From a virus (Duplodnaviria; Caudoviricetes), in the IMG/VR virus record IMGVR_UViG_3300032038_000016, positions 66,668 to 130,667 of that record: a stretch of 64,000 nucleotides of DNA; one strand, 5' to 3'. Shown piece after piece: positions 1 to 9,284 of the stretch; position 1 is the stretch's first letter, and the number at the start of each line of letters is the position of its first letter. The notes under the pieces are model-generated. The model searched no databases, was not told the origin of the DNA, and saw only the letters and a list, made by a program, of their open reading frames with translations. Both the position numbers and the translations under genes were made by a program.

Positions 1-1
1 T

Positions 2-664
2 CCTTGCTCCATCTCTAAGAACTTTGCAGGTGATCCTTGGGAATACAGAACCAATGCAATTCATAATGCAATTGCTTCTTTGATCTATGAGCTTTGTGAT
101 CGTGGTAAGCTGGAGAACCTTGGCTTTGTTATTTATGCAAACCCGAAGGCTACCCGTCTCCTCAGTAAGTTTGTGACATGGACTGTTTCTAAGAGCACAG
201 AAATCGGTGGTGTTCAGATGAACCATGCATTCGGTGTTGTAACTGATACTGAAATTCCGATTCGTGTTGTTGCTTCTAACAGAGTTCCTGCATATACAAC
301 CATTCCTGCATCTATGATTCCTACTTATGCAGCAATGGAAGATCTGACAGATGAAGATGTATCTCGCGAATACTTCTTCCATATTGTTGCTTATCCGATG
401 GATAAGTTCCATATCTCCTACAAGCATCTCAGATTTGCTCGTCACTTGACCAACTCTCCTGAGAATGCTGGTTATGCAGATATCCACAATCCTGGTGGTC
501 AGGCTGTACTCGTAACAACTTCTTCTCAGTATAAGACTATCGCAATCCAGGGTATTCAGGGTAGAGTTATTTGTAAGAACTCCCAGCTCGTTCCGGATGC
601 TATGGCTGGTCTGGTTACTACTACAACTGCAGATACTACTACAGATCCCACTACAAATCCATGA
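2..664 (+). CDS. Probable major capsid protein, C-terminal part (5' end outside window)
   Basis: Frame is open from base 2. Codon bias suggests high expression. C-terminus (YKHLRFARHL...QGIQGRVIC) resembles jumbo-phage capsid C-termini, and a strong hairpin follows. Confidence 0.55.
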   Translation, partial: PCSISKNFAGDPWEYRTNAIHNAIASLIYELCDRGKLENLGFVIYANPKATRLLSKFVTWTVSKSTEIGGVQMNHAFGVVTDTEIPIRVVASNRVPAYTTIPASMIPTYAAMEDLTDEDVSREYFFHIVAYPMDKFHISYKHLRFARHLTNSPENAGYADIHNPGGQAVLVTTSSQYKTIAIQGIQGRVICKNSQLVPDAMAGLVTTTTADTTTDPTTNP

Positions 665-698
665 TGGATTAATATTCCTCCATATTTTAATAATGTAT

Positions 699-728
699 TT
701 GATTGCGGGGGATATCCCCCGCAATCAA
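699..728. terminator. Bidirectional terminator-like 30-bp perfect palindrome
   Basis: ttgattgcgggggatatcccccgcaatcaa lies between converging genes. Confidence 0.85.
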
Positions 729-732
729 TACT

Positions 733-1206
733 TTAATTATTTCGAATAAAAGATTCAATCACACTTAATGTTTTCTTCACAATATACGTGACATCGATAT
801 CTGGATATGTTTCTGCTGTTTTACTTGCGATATTAATGACAGAATCTCTACGAGATATTTTCATATCTGATGATAATAGAATTTCAATAGATATTAAATC
901 ATTAATGGTTGCTTCGATCTGAGCTGCTTGTGTTGGATCTGGTAAATGTTTCTGTTGATGGTGGCTGTTATAATCAGTTATCAATATCTCAAAACCTTCG
1001 TGTAACTGCTTAGTTTCCTTGACAATATCAGATGATTGATCATACATTCGATCAAATAATCGATGAATACGATACATGATTAATGAATGTTGTGTGTATA
1101 ATTCAAACATTTTACGAATGTGATGAATCGTGATGATATTAAAAATAAGCATAATGATGATTCCAATCATAATCAAAATGGAATTTGTGTCAAATGTAAT
1201 TTGCAT
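733..1206 (-). CDS. Hypothetical membrane protein (single N-terminal TM helix)
   Basis: 157 aa. Hydrophobic ILIMIGIIIMLIFNII segment. SD aaggaga upstream. Confidence 0.7.
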   Translation of the reverse strand: MQITFDTNSILIMIGIIIMLIFNIITIHHIRKMFELYTQHSLIMYRIHRLFDRMYDQSSDIVKETKQLHEGFEILITDYNSHHQQKHLPDPTQAAQIEATINDLISIEILLSSDMKISRRDSVINIASKTAETYPDIDVTYIVKKTLSVIESFIRNN

Positions 1207-1294
1207 AAAAATCTCTCCTTTAATAAAAATATGGGTAGTTATCGATTACGTTGCAAATTAAAAGTAATTGATGAAGAAATAATTAGTTAAGGCG

Positions 1295-2686
1295 GTGGTC
1301 AATTTGGAAAATATGACAACAGTTCTCGTTAAGCAAGCACTTCATTCGTGTGACGGTAATCTATTGAAAGATGTTGTGAACATCGAACATCCTCGTGAGA
1401 ATTATAAGAATTATATAATTCATGAATATGCTGGTGATGTTCCGAGATTATGCGGAAATGAACGTTCAATTGAATTATTACTTCCACGAGACATGAGTGT
1501 TGTAATGGAAAATGCAGTCGTGGATGCGATTGAATCTGGTACATTGTTTGACGATAAAAAAGATATTGATAATACGGTGAAGTATATTCACATGACACAT
1601 CTACCACATACTGGGATGATGCATTTGAATTTACCAGAACCACATGAAACAATTCATGCAATTGGTACGGTAGTTGGTGCGATGGGACCGGATGGTCATT
1701 TTGGTCATGCTGATTCTGACATTAAGAATGGTGCAAATTACGCACGTGATTTGACGGATCATTATAATGACAAAGATTCAAGTATTTCTGATTTGACGAA
1801 AGACTACTTGAATGTCAAGGATAAGAATGATGAAGACAGCATTCCAAAAGACATGAAATATTCATTGTCAAAAGTTCATGATGAATTAGATGATGTCAAA
1901 AAGGTAAAACCAGAAGACACTGTCGATGAAGATGATTATGAAGAAATCGGTTTAGATCATGAAGAAGATGATGATTACGACGATGATGAAGAAGACGACG
2001 ACGAATGTGAAGAATGTGATGATGACGAATGTGATGATGATGAAGACGATGAAAAAGATTCTGAATCAGATGAAGACGATGAAGATGATGACGAAGACGA
2101 CGAAGAAGATTCTGATGATGAAGATGACGAAGATGACGATGTAGATTTCAAAGATGAAGGTGCGATTGAAAATTATATCGCAAAGAAAATCGTGAAGAAA
2201 GCAGTTAAGAAAACAATCAAAAAAGGTACAAAGAAAGCTGTTAAGAAAGGTGCTAAAAAATCAATTAAGAAAGCAAGACGCCGTCATCATGAAAAAAATA
2301 ATGATGATAAATATGGCTCAGCATATCATGAATATGCAATGTATCAAGAGACTGGTGCAATGCTGATTAAACCAAAGAAGCTAAAACCAATTCCTCGAGA
2401 TGTGGTGGCATACATAATTACCAGAACGAATGAAATTCGAGATAGTAATGATCAAGCGATGTTATCTGGATATACTTGTTCTAAATTAGAATTAGTTGAT
2501 TTCTATTTAAACTGTATTGATACTCATGACTATCGATACATCGTTCCCCATAATAGGCAATACCTTGTTCAAATGCAGAATGATTTGAATCGTTGTTTAC
2601 AACAAATTCTTCGTGTGAAACCTGTCAATCGTTTGGATCGTGTTTGGCGATTGAATGTAACTTATCCAGAAGGGTTTGGTGGTTAA
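1295..2686 (+). CDS. Putative virion/inner-head protein with an acidic tract followed by a Lys-rich tract
   Basis: 463 aa. About 90-residue D/E tract, KKxx repeats, then YQE|TG and a globular C-terminus. True start may be 1304 or 1313. Confidence 0.75.
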   Translation: MVNLENMTTVLVKQALHSCDGNLLKDVVNIEHPRENYKNYIIHEYAGDVPRLCGNERSIELLLPRDMSVVMENAVVDAIESGTLFDDKKDIDNTVKYIHMTHLPHTGMMHLNLPEPHETIHAIGTVVGAMGPDGHFGHADSDIKNGANYARDLTDHYNDKDSSISDLTKDYLNVKDKNDEDSIPKDMKYSLSKVHDELDDVKKVKPEDTVDEDDYEEIGLDHEEDDDYDDDEEDDDECEECDDDECDDDEDDEKDSESDEDDEDDDEDDEEDSDDEDDEDDDVDFKDEGAIENYIAKKIVKKAVKKTIKKGTKKAVKKGAKKSIKKARRRHHEKNNDDKYGSAYHEYAMYQETGAMLIKPKKLKPIPRDVVAYIITRTNEIRDSNDQAMLSGYTCSKLELVDFYLNCIDTHDYRYIVPHNRQYLVQMQNDLNRCLQQILRVKPVNRLDRVWRLNVTYPEGFGG

Positions 2687-2687
2687 T

Positions 2688-3239
2688 ATGTCAGAAATTA
2701 AAGATTACATATTAAAACAGAAGGACTTGTTTACAGATGTTCAGAAAACAAAAACTAATGGATTAGCATCTTCATCTCGTATTGGAAAGCATTCCATATT
2801 GAATTATCCAAAACTTGTTGAGGACATGATTAAATATCTTGCGGGATTTAAAGATTACAAAATGAAGAGTGAGAAGTCATTCAAGCACAAAGTTTTGAGT
2901 TCTACCTATTCATTTTATAACGACATGTTTACATTGGACAAATATCGGAAAACAATTTCATTATCTGAATTTTCAGAATTAAATTACAAATTCATTGAGA
3001 AGACAAAAGAATTGCAATCTGTTCTTTCAGATCTGTCTAAGAGTGTTGATAATGAGGTTCGAAATATTGTAGAGGTTTCCGAAAAGCAATATAAAAAAAT
3101 TGGTAAAGTAAATCGTGATGATATGCTAACATACATGTGGTTGGTTGGTAATGTTCCAATTAGCCAACAATTAAAAGCATATTATAATGATCCACAAACA
3201 CCAGTTATGCATAAAGCAAATACAAAAATTAAGGAGTGA
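2688..3239 (+). CDS. Hypothetical protein in head gene cluster
   Basis: ATG 2688 follows ggtggt and abuts the upstream stop. Confidence 0.75.
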   Translation: MSEIKDYILKQKDLFTDVQKTKTNGLASSSRIGKHSILNYPKLVEDMIKYLAGFKDYKMKSEKSFKHKVLSSTYSFYNDMFTLDKYRKTISLSEFSELNYKFIEKTKELQSVLSDLSKSVDNEVRNIVEVSEKQYKKIGKVNRDDMLTYMWLVGNVPISQQLKAYYNDPQTPVMHKANTKIKE

Positions 3240-3246
3240 TTGTATT

Positions 3247-4944
3247 ATGTTTACAGAGATCGATGATATTCAGTTAAAAAGTGAATTGAACACGACAATT
3301 AGTCTCGTCAATCTGTATCAAAAGCAGTTAACATTATTGGAATATTTTGATGATAGCGTTGAAATTTCTGAAAATGATGTATTCACAGAAGCAACTGAAG
3401 CAGCAATTCAAAAGAATGATACGGCAATACAGAAGCAGGATGGACAATGGTCCAAAACCAAAACCGGTGACAATAATGATACTGCTGTGGATGATAATGC
3501 TGGTAAATCCACAGGTGGTTTTCTTAGTAATCTCGGCAATAAGATTTGGACTGCGATTAAAAAATTCTTTAATATGATTAGAGGATTTTTCAGAAGGCTT
3601 TTCAAAAAAGATAACGCTCAAAGAGTCGGTGAAGCAGCACTTACTGTCGGTAACTTTTTCGAGAATGCATCTGATGAAGAAATTCAAGAAGTTATTGACA
3701 CAATGGAAAAAGGCAAAGAAGGTGAAGTAGGAGTTTCTGAAGGAACTGATTCTGAAGGAACTGATAATGAAGCACCTGTCACGGAAATGTTTGTTTATGA
3801 AGCGTCAAACGAAGTTACGAAAATGCCAAAAAATACACCAGCAGATGATTTAGCATATTTGAAGAAAGCGTTATATGCTATGAAAACACAGAAGGGTTTC
3901 TTTGTATCAAGAATTCATAAAAGAGATTATCCGAGATATGCAAAACAAATGATTGCTTTATTGGAAGATTATGCAAAGAGAATTAATGATTCACAAGGTA
4001 ATGAATTAGTTGATATGGAGCATCTAATCAACATGTCAAGAACTACAAAAGCAAAAATGAAGTTCTGCGCAGCAAATCTTGCAGCAGCTACAACATGGCA
4101 TTCTAATATTGGCGGATCATTAGTTTCATATAAAGGATATGAAGCATTTTATAAAAGCATCATGGAAATCAATGCAGCTTTAAGTAAGTCAATTGGTGAT
4201 CTAGAAAAAGCAATGGCTAATGCCGAAAAGAATATCAAAGCATGGGAGAAGAAAATTAATAGTTCTAATAATTCACAATACGGACGTGGTTTCACAAGAA
4301 ATAAGTATCCAAGGATGGCTAAGAATCTACATGCTTTATATACCGATCTATCTGATATTATGAAATATTTAGCAACAACGGTTAGCAATACAGTTGCTAA
4401 AACAATGACTGCTGAAGTAAACTTCATTCTCACATTGAGAGGTGTGGTTGTTAAGGTCAACAAAACATCTTCAGGTTCAAGAAAGAAAAAGAATGACGGT
4501 CAGCAACAACAGCAACAGCAACAACAGCAAACCCAAAACCCACCACCAAAGGGAAAATCAAAGTCAAATAAATATGTGATGGCAACAGATAATGTTGGTC
4601 TTAATAGTGATGGGGAGATAAGTGATAAGTTCATGGGTCCAGAAATTAGTAAACAATTAGAGACTGTATGTGGTGGAAAAGTCAAATTTGCTGATATGGA
4701 TAAATACTATGTAGAATTATTCACAAAGGCAAAGGGATACCCAGCCGAGTTAACTAGTCTATCGGGATTCAATAGTAATAAGGCTTATACAATTGCTGTG
4801 ACAGCAAATAAATGCGGGAAATTCCTAGTTGTGCAATCTGGCAAAGTTAACAATGACTCAATGATTAAAAAGGCATACAATAAGAAACTTAACAACTTCG
4901 AATTCAATATGAATACAGGAGCAACGAATCCAAAACTAGATTAG
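3247..4944 (+). CDS. Putative inner-head/ejection protein, paralogue family member 1
   Basis: ATG 3247 after aaggag. IDD..E leader, FTE|A motif, amphipathic GFLSNLGNKIWTAIKKFF helix and a poly-Q run. Confidence 0.75.
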   Translation: MFTEIDDIQLKSELNTTISLVNLYQKQLTLLEYFDDSVEISENDVFTEATEAAIQKNDTAIQKQDGQWSKTKTGDNNDTAVDDNAGKSTGGFLSNLGNKIWTAIKKFFNMIRGFFRRLFKKDNAQRVGEAALTVGNFFENASDEEIQEVIDTMEKGKEGEVGVSEGTDSEGTDNEAPVTEMFVYEASNEVTKMPKNTPADDLAYLKKALYAMKTQKGFFVSRIHKRDYPRYAKQMIALLEDYAKRINDSQGNELVDMEHLINMSRTTKAKMKFCAANLAAATTWHSNIGGSLVSYKGYEAFYKSIMEINAALSKSIGDLEKAMANAEKNIKAWEKKINSSNNSQYGRGFTRNKYPRMAKNLHALYTDLSDIMKYLATTVSNTVAKTMTAEVNFILTLRGVVVKVNKTSSGSRKKKNDGQQQQQQQQQQTQNPPPKGKSKSNKYVMATDNVGLNSDGEISDKFMGPEISKQLETVCGGKVKFADMDKYYVELFTKAKGYPAELTSLSGFNSNKAYTIAVTANKCGKFLVVQSGKVNNDSMIKKAYNKKLNNFEFNMNTGATNPKLD

Positions 4945-4966
4945 TATCATAAAGGGTGTGATATCA

Positions 4967-6592
4967 ATGAATCAATATTTACTTGATAGAATAGATGACA
5001 ACGCCATTATCAATGAATTTAATACAGCGATTGTTTTATTGGAATATTATCAAAAATATATTCGTATGGACAATTATTATCAAGAAGATGGCATGGAAAT
5101 TCAACAGTCCGAAGGGACTTTGACAATGGATGGTCTTCGTGATAAAGTAAAAGGAAAATTGGATAATCAACCGAAGAAAGTTGGTTTCTTTGAAAAGATC
5201 AAAAATGCAATTAAAAAAGCAATTGATGCAGTTAAGAAATTCTTTGCAAAAATATTCAACAAGGATACAGAAAAAGAAAAAGTTGAAGCATCAAATGCAA
5301 TTAACGAAATGAAACAATCAAATGTATCCGAAGAAACTTTTGTTGAAGAATTAGAAGAAGCCATTGGTGATGATGTGGAAGAAACTGTTGATACAGCTGA
5401 ACCGGAACCACAAGAAACCCCACCAAGTAATACACCACAGACGGTAGATAATACAGCAGATAATACGACAGATGATTCGGAAGAAACTCCGCCTAAACAA
5501 TCATACGAAACACCTGAATTATCGATTGAAAAACCAGCTGTTACAAAAGGGAAAGTAAAAATCCCAAAAGAAAAAAGACAAGCTGTTGAAACACTTTGTT
5601 TGGAATGGTACAAAACTGGTCAGTGTCCAAGTAGAATTTCAGCAACAGTCGTTAACTTAATTGATCAGTTTGCTACTGCGATTGCCAAGCTTGTAAATAC
5701 TTTGCAAACTGCTGATGTTACAAATCTTACAAATCCAGAACAATTGTTAGCTGGTGTTAATAGAATTTCACAGCAATTGCATTCTGAATTACAAAAGGAT
5801 CTCGAATTGAATAATCGAGGTTTATCTAAGCAAGAAGCAAACAGTGCTTTTGTTGATGCAAGAACATCGAAGAAAGCCGCACAAAAATTAAATAAATCGA
5901 TTGAGTTATTAGAAGACACAATCATGAAAATATCAGTAGAAGATCCCCAAAAAGAAAAGCTGTTTTCTCAAATATTTGCTGGTATGAAAGGTCCAATTGC
6001 AACAGCTATGAGTGCTGCAAAAATGATTAAAGAAACAGAAGATCTTGTTGCATTATCAGAAAGATCAATAAAAGTTGTTCTTGGTAATATATTTGGTAAA
6101 ACGAGATTTGATAGACTTCATGGTGCTAGATTAAAAGGTAAAAAGAAAGCAAAGAATTTGGCAAATCGTGTAGATGATGAAAATCAACAAGACTTGCTTA
6201 ACAGAAATCAGAAATACGTTGCTGGTAGAATTGATAATAAGGAACAGCAATTGTTTAGAGATCTGGATGATCAAGTAAGAGATGTCCGTAAAAAGGGTGG
6301 TAAACCAAAAAGAGATATTGATACATCTACAATACCCACTGTCGACAATAATGGATTGGTTACGCATTCTGAAGAAATTCCGGCAGATGAAATACCAGAT
6401 GAATTAAGAACTGCTGCTGAAAATCCAGATAATGGTATTGATTTTGATGATCTTGCTGCCCAGTATGATCAAAAACCAAAATCATTTTTAGGTAAGGCAG
6501 CCGATGGTGCTCGTAGAGCTGGTCAGAAAATTAAGGACGTAATGACTCGAGATATTACACTTCCTAGAAGAAAAGCAAGTGCTGAAGGATGA
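4967..6592 (+). CDS. Putative inner-head/ejection protein, paralogue family member 2
   Basis: IDD..E leader, YQE|D motif and GFFEKIKNAIKKAI helix. Confidence 0.75.
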   Translation: MNQYLLDRIDDNAIINEFNTAIVLLEYYQKYIRMDNYYQEDGMEIQQSEGTLTMDGLRDKVKGKLDNQPKKVGFFEKIKNAIKKAIDAVKKFFAKIFNKDTEKEKVEASNAINEMKQSNVSEETFVEELEEAIGDDVEETVDTAEPEPQETPPSNTPQTVDNTADNTTDDSEETPPKQSYETPELSIEKPAVTKGKVKIPKEKRQAVETLCLEWYKTGQCPSRISATVVNLIDQFATAIAKLVNTLQTADVTNLTNPEQLLAGVNRISQQLHSELQKDLELNNRGLSKQEANSAFVDARTSKKAAQKLNKSIELLEDTIMKISVEDPQKEKLFSQIFAGMKGPIATAMSAAKMIKETEDLVALSERSIKVVLGNIFGKTRFDRLHGARLKGKKKAKNLANRVDDENQQDLLNRNQKYVAGRIDNKEQQLFRDLDDQVRDVRKKGGKPKRDIDTSTIPTVDNNGLVTHSEEIPADEIPDELRTAAENPDNGIDFDDLAAQYDQKPKSFLGKAADGARRAGQKIKDVMTRDITLPRRKASAEG

Positions 6593-6601
6593 TGATTTTT
6601 T

Positions 6602-7360
6602 ATGAATATCACAGAAGTAATTAATGATATTAAATTTACATTGGGATTGAATACCATTGCATTACCATTCCAAGATTCTACAGAAAATGTGATTGCTGAA
6701 ATTATGAAAACATCCATTCGAACATTCTCTCGTTTCAAGCCACTCATCAAAGAAGGATACGAGGAGCGAAAGCTCCTCCGTTCTCCTTCGGAAGAGGCGA
6801 AAAAGAATTGTATTTATTACTTACCCGGATCACTAACAACAACTCCTGTACAATATGCGGATGCATATCCTCAATCTGCAATTACACAGGATGGTGAAGT
6901 GACAACGAATTCATTCACAGTTGGTTCACCATTTGTTGGATTTGGTTCTTATTATCCGCAAGACATTTTGAATGCGACAAATACCGGTGCTGCAATTAAT
7001 AAGTATGCTGGAATCACTGGTTCTGTTCCTACATCAAAATGGTTGGGATATAATAAAATACAATTCTTCAATTTCCCTGAGAATATTATTGTTCGATTTG
7101 TTGTAAAATGTGATCATGATTTATCTGGAGAAACAATTCCAGAATCATGTGTAGAATCGTTTATGGAATTAGCAATGTTGGATGTTCAACGTACATTGTA
7201 TAATCAATTAAAGAATATGAATAATGTTGGTTCAGCATTTAAAGAAATCAATTTAAAGATTGATGATTGGAGTAATGCAGAATCATCACGAAAAGAATTA
7301 GTTGAAAAATGGACAAATACGTTTCATTATGATGATTTGGATTTGGTTCAATTTTTCTAA
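6602..7360 (+). CDS. Virion structural protein, possibly neck/head-completion
   Basis: 252 aa in the head cluster. N-terminus (INDIKFTLG) and size resemble myophage neck proteins. Function tentative. Confidence 0.5.
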   Translation: MNITEVINDIKFTLGLNTIALPFQDSTENVIAEIMKTSIRTFSRFKPLIKEGYEERKLLRSPSEEAKKNCIYYLPGSLTTTPVQYADAYPQSAITQDGEVTTNSFTVGSPFVGFGSYYPQDILNATNTGAAINKYAGITGSVPTSKWLGYNKIQFFNFPENIIVRFVVKCDHDLSGETIPESCVESFMELAMLDVQRTLYNQLKNMNNVGSAFKEINLKIDDWSNAESSRKELVEKWTNTFHYDDLDLVQFF

Positions 7361-7368
7361 GAGAGGAG

Positions 7369-9186
7369 ATGTTGAGTATGATTAACGATTCGATCGAATT
7401 AATAAATGATATTGATGATTATAATCTCGAATTTGAATATTGTATAACTCGTAATTTATTAGATTATTATGAAAAAATGCTGTATATGGAATTTTATTTA
7501 AGAACATCAGTATCTACATCTTCTGTTATATTAGAATCAGATGTGCCTGAAAATGATTCATCTAAAAAACAAGGGTTTCTTTCAAAGATATGGAATGGAA
7601 TTAAAAAGATTATTGATATTATTATCAATTCAATAAAAAAGGTCATAACAAATATTAAAAAACATTTTTCAAAAGTAGAAAGAGTCAATAGAGTATTGAA
7701 ATCTGCATCCAAAGAAGATCTTTCAGAAATTGAGCAATTATTTAAAAAATATGGAAATGAAAATACATCATCTGGAGATGATTCTCAGGGTCAAGATGTC
7801 ACAACAGAATCAGCCACAACACTACTCACTACTGCAAAAAATATTGGAAAAGCTTATTCAAAAATGAACTCAGCTAAAACTATTCCTGGAAAAATATCTG
7901 CTGCTACAAACGTGTTTGGACCACAAATTGCTAATGAGCTGGCTAAAAAAGCAACTACCTCAACTGTAGCAACTGCTGCTGCAGCAGCTGGTGGTCATGC
8001 TATTACAACATCTGTTACAGCAGCGTTGACAACATTCGCTGGCGCAAGCGTTGCTGCTTCCACAACCGGTTTATTAGCAACAATTAATGCACCAACTTTG
8101 ATTGCGACAAGTATTATTAGCTTGGCTATATCTGGTACTAATAAATTCATTAATTCAACTGAAAAAGGAAAAGAAAAATATAGAAAAGAACATACAAATT
8201 TACCAACAATGGATCAAATTTTATATACTGGAGCCTTTTTGTCAAAAAATATGAATTCGATTAATACACAGGTTGCATCATTATCAACTTCTTCAACATT
8301 AAGAACTGGATCTATTACTTCGCTTATTTCGGCAGATGTCAAACGAACATTAAATGATATTGAAAAAATTAAAAATTATGCTTGGAAATCGACTAATGCA
8401 AATGAACCGGTTGTATTAGAAACTATGCGGAGAGTGTCGTTATTTCATGAAAGAATTTTAAAATTAAGAGAACAAGGATCTAGAATCAAAGAGAGATCTA
8501 AGGGAACAGACAACCTTGTTTCATCGTTTGATACATTCGAAGATGCCGCTATTTTTACAGATTCATACACTGTATTTTCTTCTATTCAAGGTAATGAATT
8601 AAATAATATGCTACAAGATTTGGATAATAAAATGGAAGAATTTAAATTATCATTTGAAAATAACCCTATATTCCAAAATTTGTATAATATGGCAGGGGAT
8701 GAATACACTGATACTACAGAAATGGGAATTATTAAAACACGCGATGCAAAGAAGCAAGATGCGATAAATAAAAAACAGAATGACCAATATTTGAAGGAAT
8801 CAGACAGAAAATTTGAAATTACAATTAAAAATGATCTTGTACCAATAAGAGCATTTGTTGATGCAGTTGCTAAATATATATTTGGTGTAAAAGAGGCATA
8901 TGATGTCACATTAGAGGTGTGTCAGGCTCTTGCTATTACCAGTCGAAAAGTATTGCGATTTATTAATAACAATTCTGCGCTTGCTGATGTTGCAAATGAA
9001 AATAAACGAGTTAATCGCTCAAGAGAAAACGTATTTAGCAAACTTGGTAATCAATATCTAACTGGTAAAGGATCAACAAAATATTCCAGAGATGATGGTA
9101 GATATAATGATGAAAACCATCAGAAGTATACTTCAGATAATCTCACAACAGCGCTTGACAATGGAAATACTGTTATTCCACAATAA
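7369..9186 (+). CDS. Putative inner-head/ejection protein, paralogue family member 3
   Basis: IDD..E leader, ILE|S and TTE|S motifs, GFLSKIWNGIKKII helix, and a long Ala/Thr-rich hydrophobic segment. Confidence 0.75.
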   Translation: MLSMINDSIELINDIDDYNLEFEYCITRNLLDYYEKMLYMEFYLRTSVSTSSVILESDVPENDSSKKQGFLSKIWNGIKKIIDIIINSIKKVITNIKKHFSKVERVNRVLKSASKEDLSEIEQLFKKYGNENTSSGDDSQGQDVTTESATTLLTTAKNIGKAYSKMNSAKTIPGKISAATNVFGPQIANELAKKATTSTVATAAAAAGGHAITTSVTAALTTFAGASVAASTTGLLATINAPTLIATSIISLAISGTNKFINSTEKGKEKYRKEHTNLPTMDQILYTGAFLSKNMNSINTQVASLSTSSTLRTGSITSLISADVKRTLNDIEKIKNYAWKSTNANEPVVLETMRRVSLFHERILKLREQGSRIKERSKGTDNLVSSFDTFEDAAIFTDSYTVFSSIQGNELNNMLQDLDNKMEEFKLSFENNPIFQNLYNMAGDEYTDTTEMGIIKTRDAKKQDAINKKQNDQYLKESDRKFEITIKNDLVPIRAFVDAVAKYIFGVKEAYDVTLEVCQALAITSRKVLRFINNNSALADVANENKRVNRSRENVFSKLGNQYLTGKGSTKYSRDDGRYNDENHQKYTSDNLTTALDNGNTVIPQ

Positions 9187-9201
9187 TGTCATATTAATAT
9201 C

Positions 9202-9230
9202 AAATTGGGTGGGCAATGCCCACCCAATTT
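9202..9230 (+). terminator. Intrinsic terminator hairpin
   Basis: aaattgggtgggca-a-tgcccacccaattt directly after the stop at 9186. Confidence 0.8.
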
Positions 9231-9284
9231 TAAATTAATATCTGTTATTGTTCAGATATATACTCAAAGGAGGTGTAATGACAA

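Noticed and set aside
1959-2144. Met/Lys/Thr-rich ORF
   Set aside because: Off-frame reading of the GAT/GAA acidic tract.
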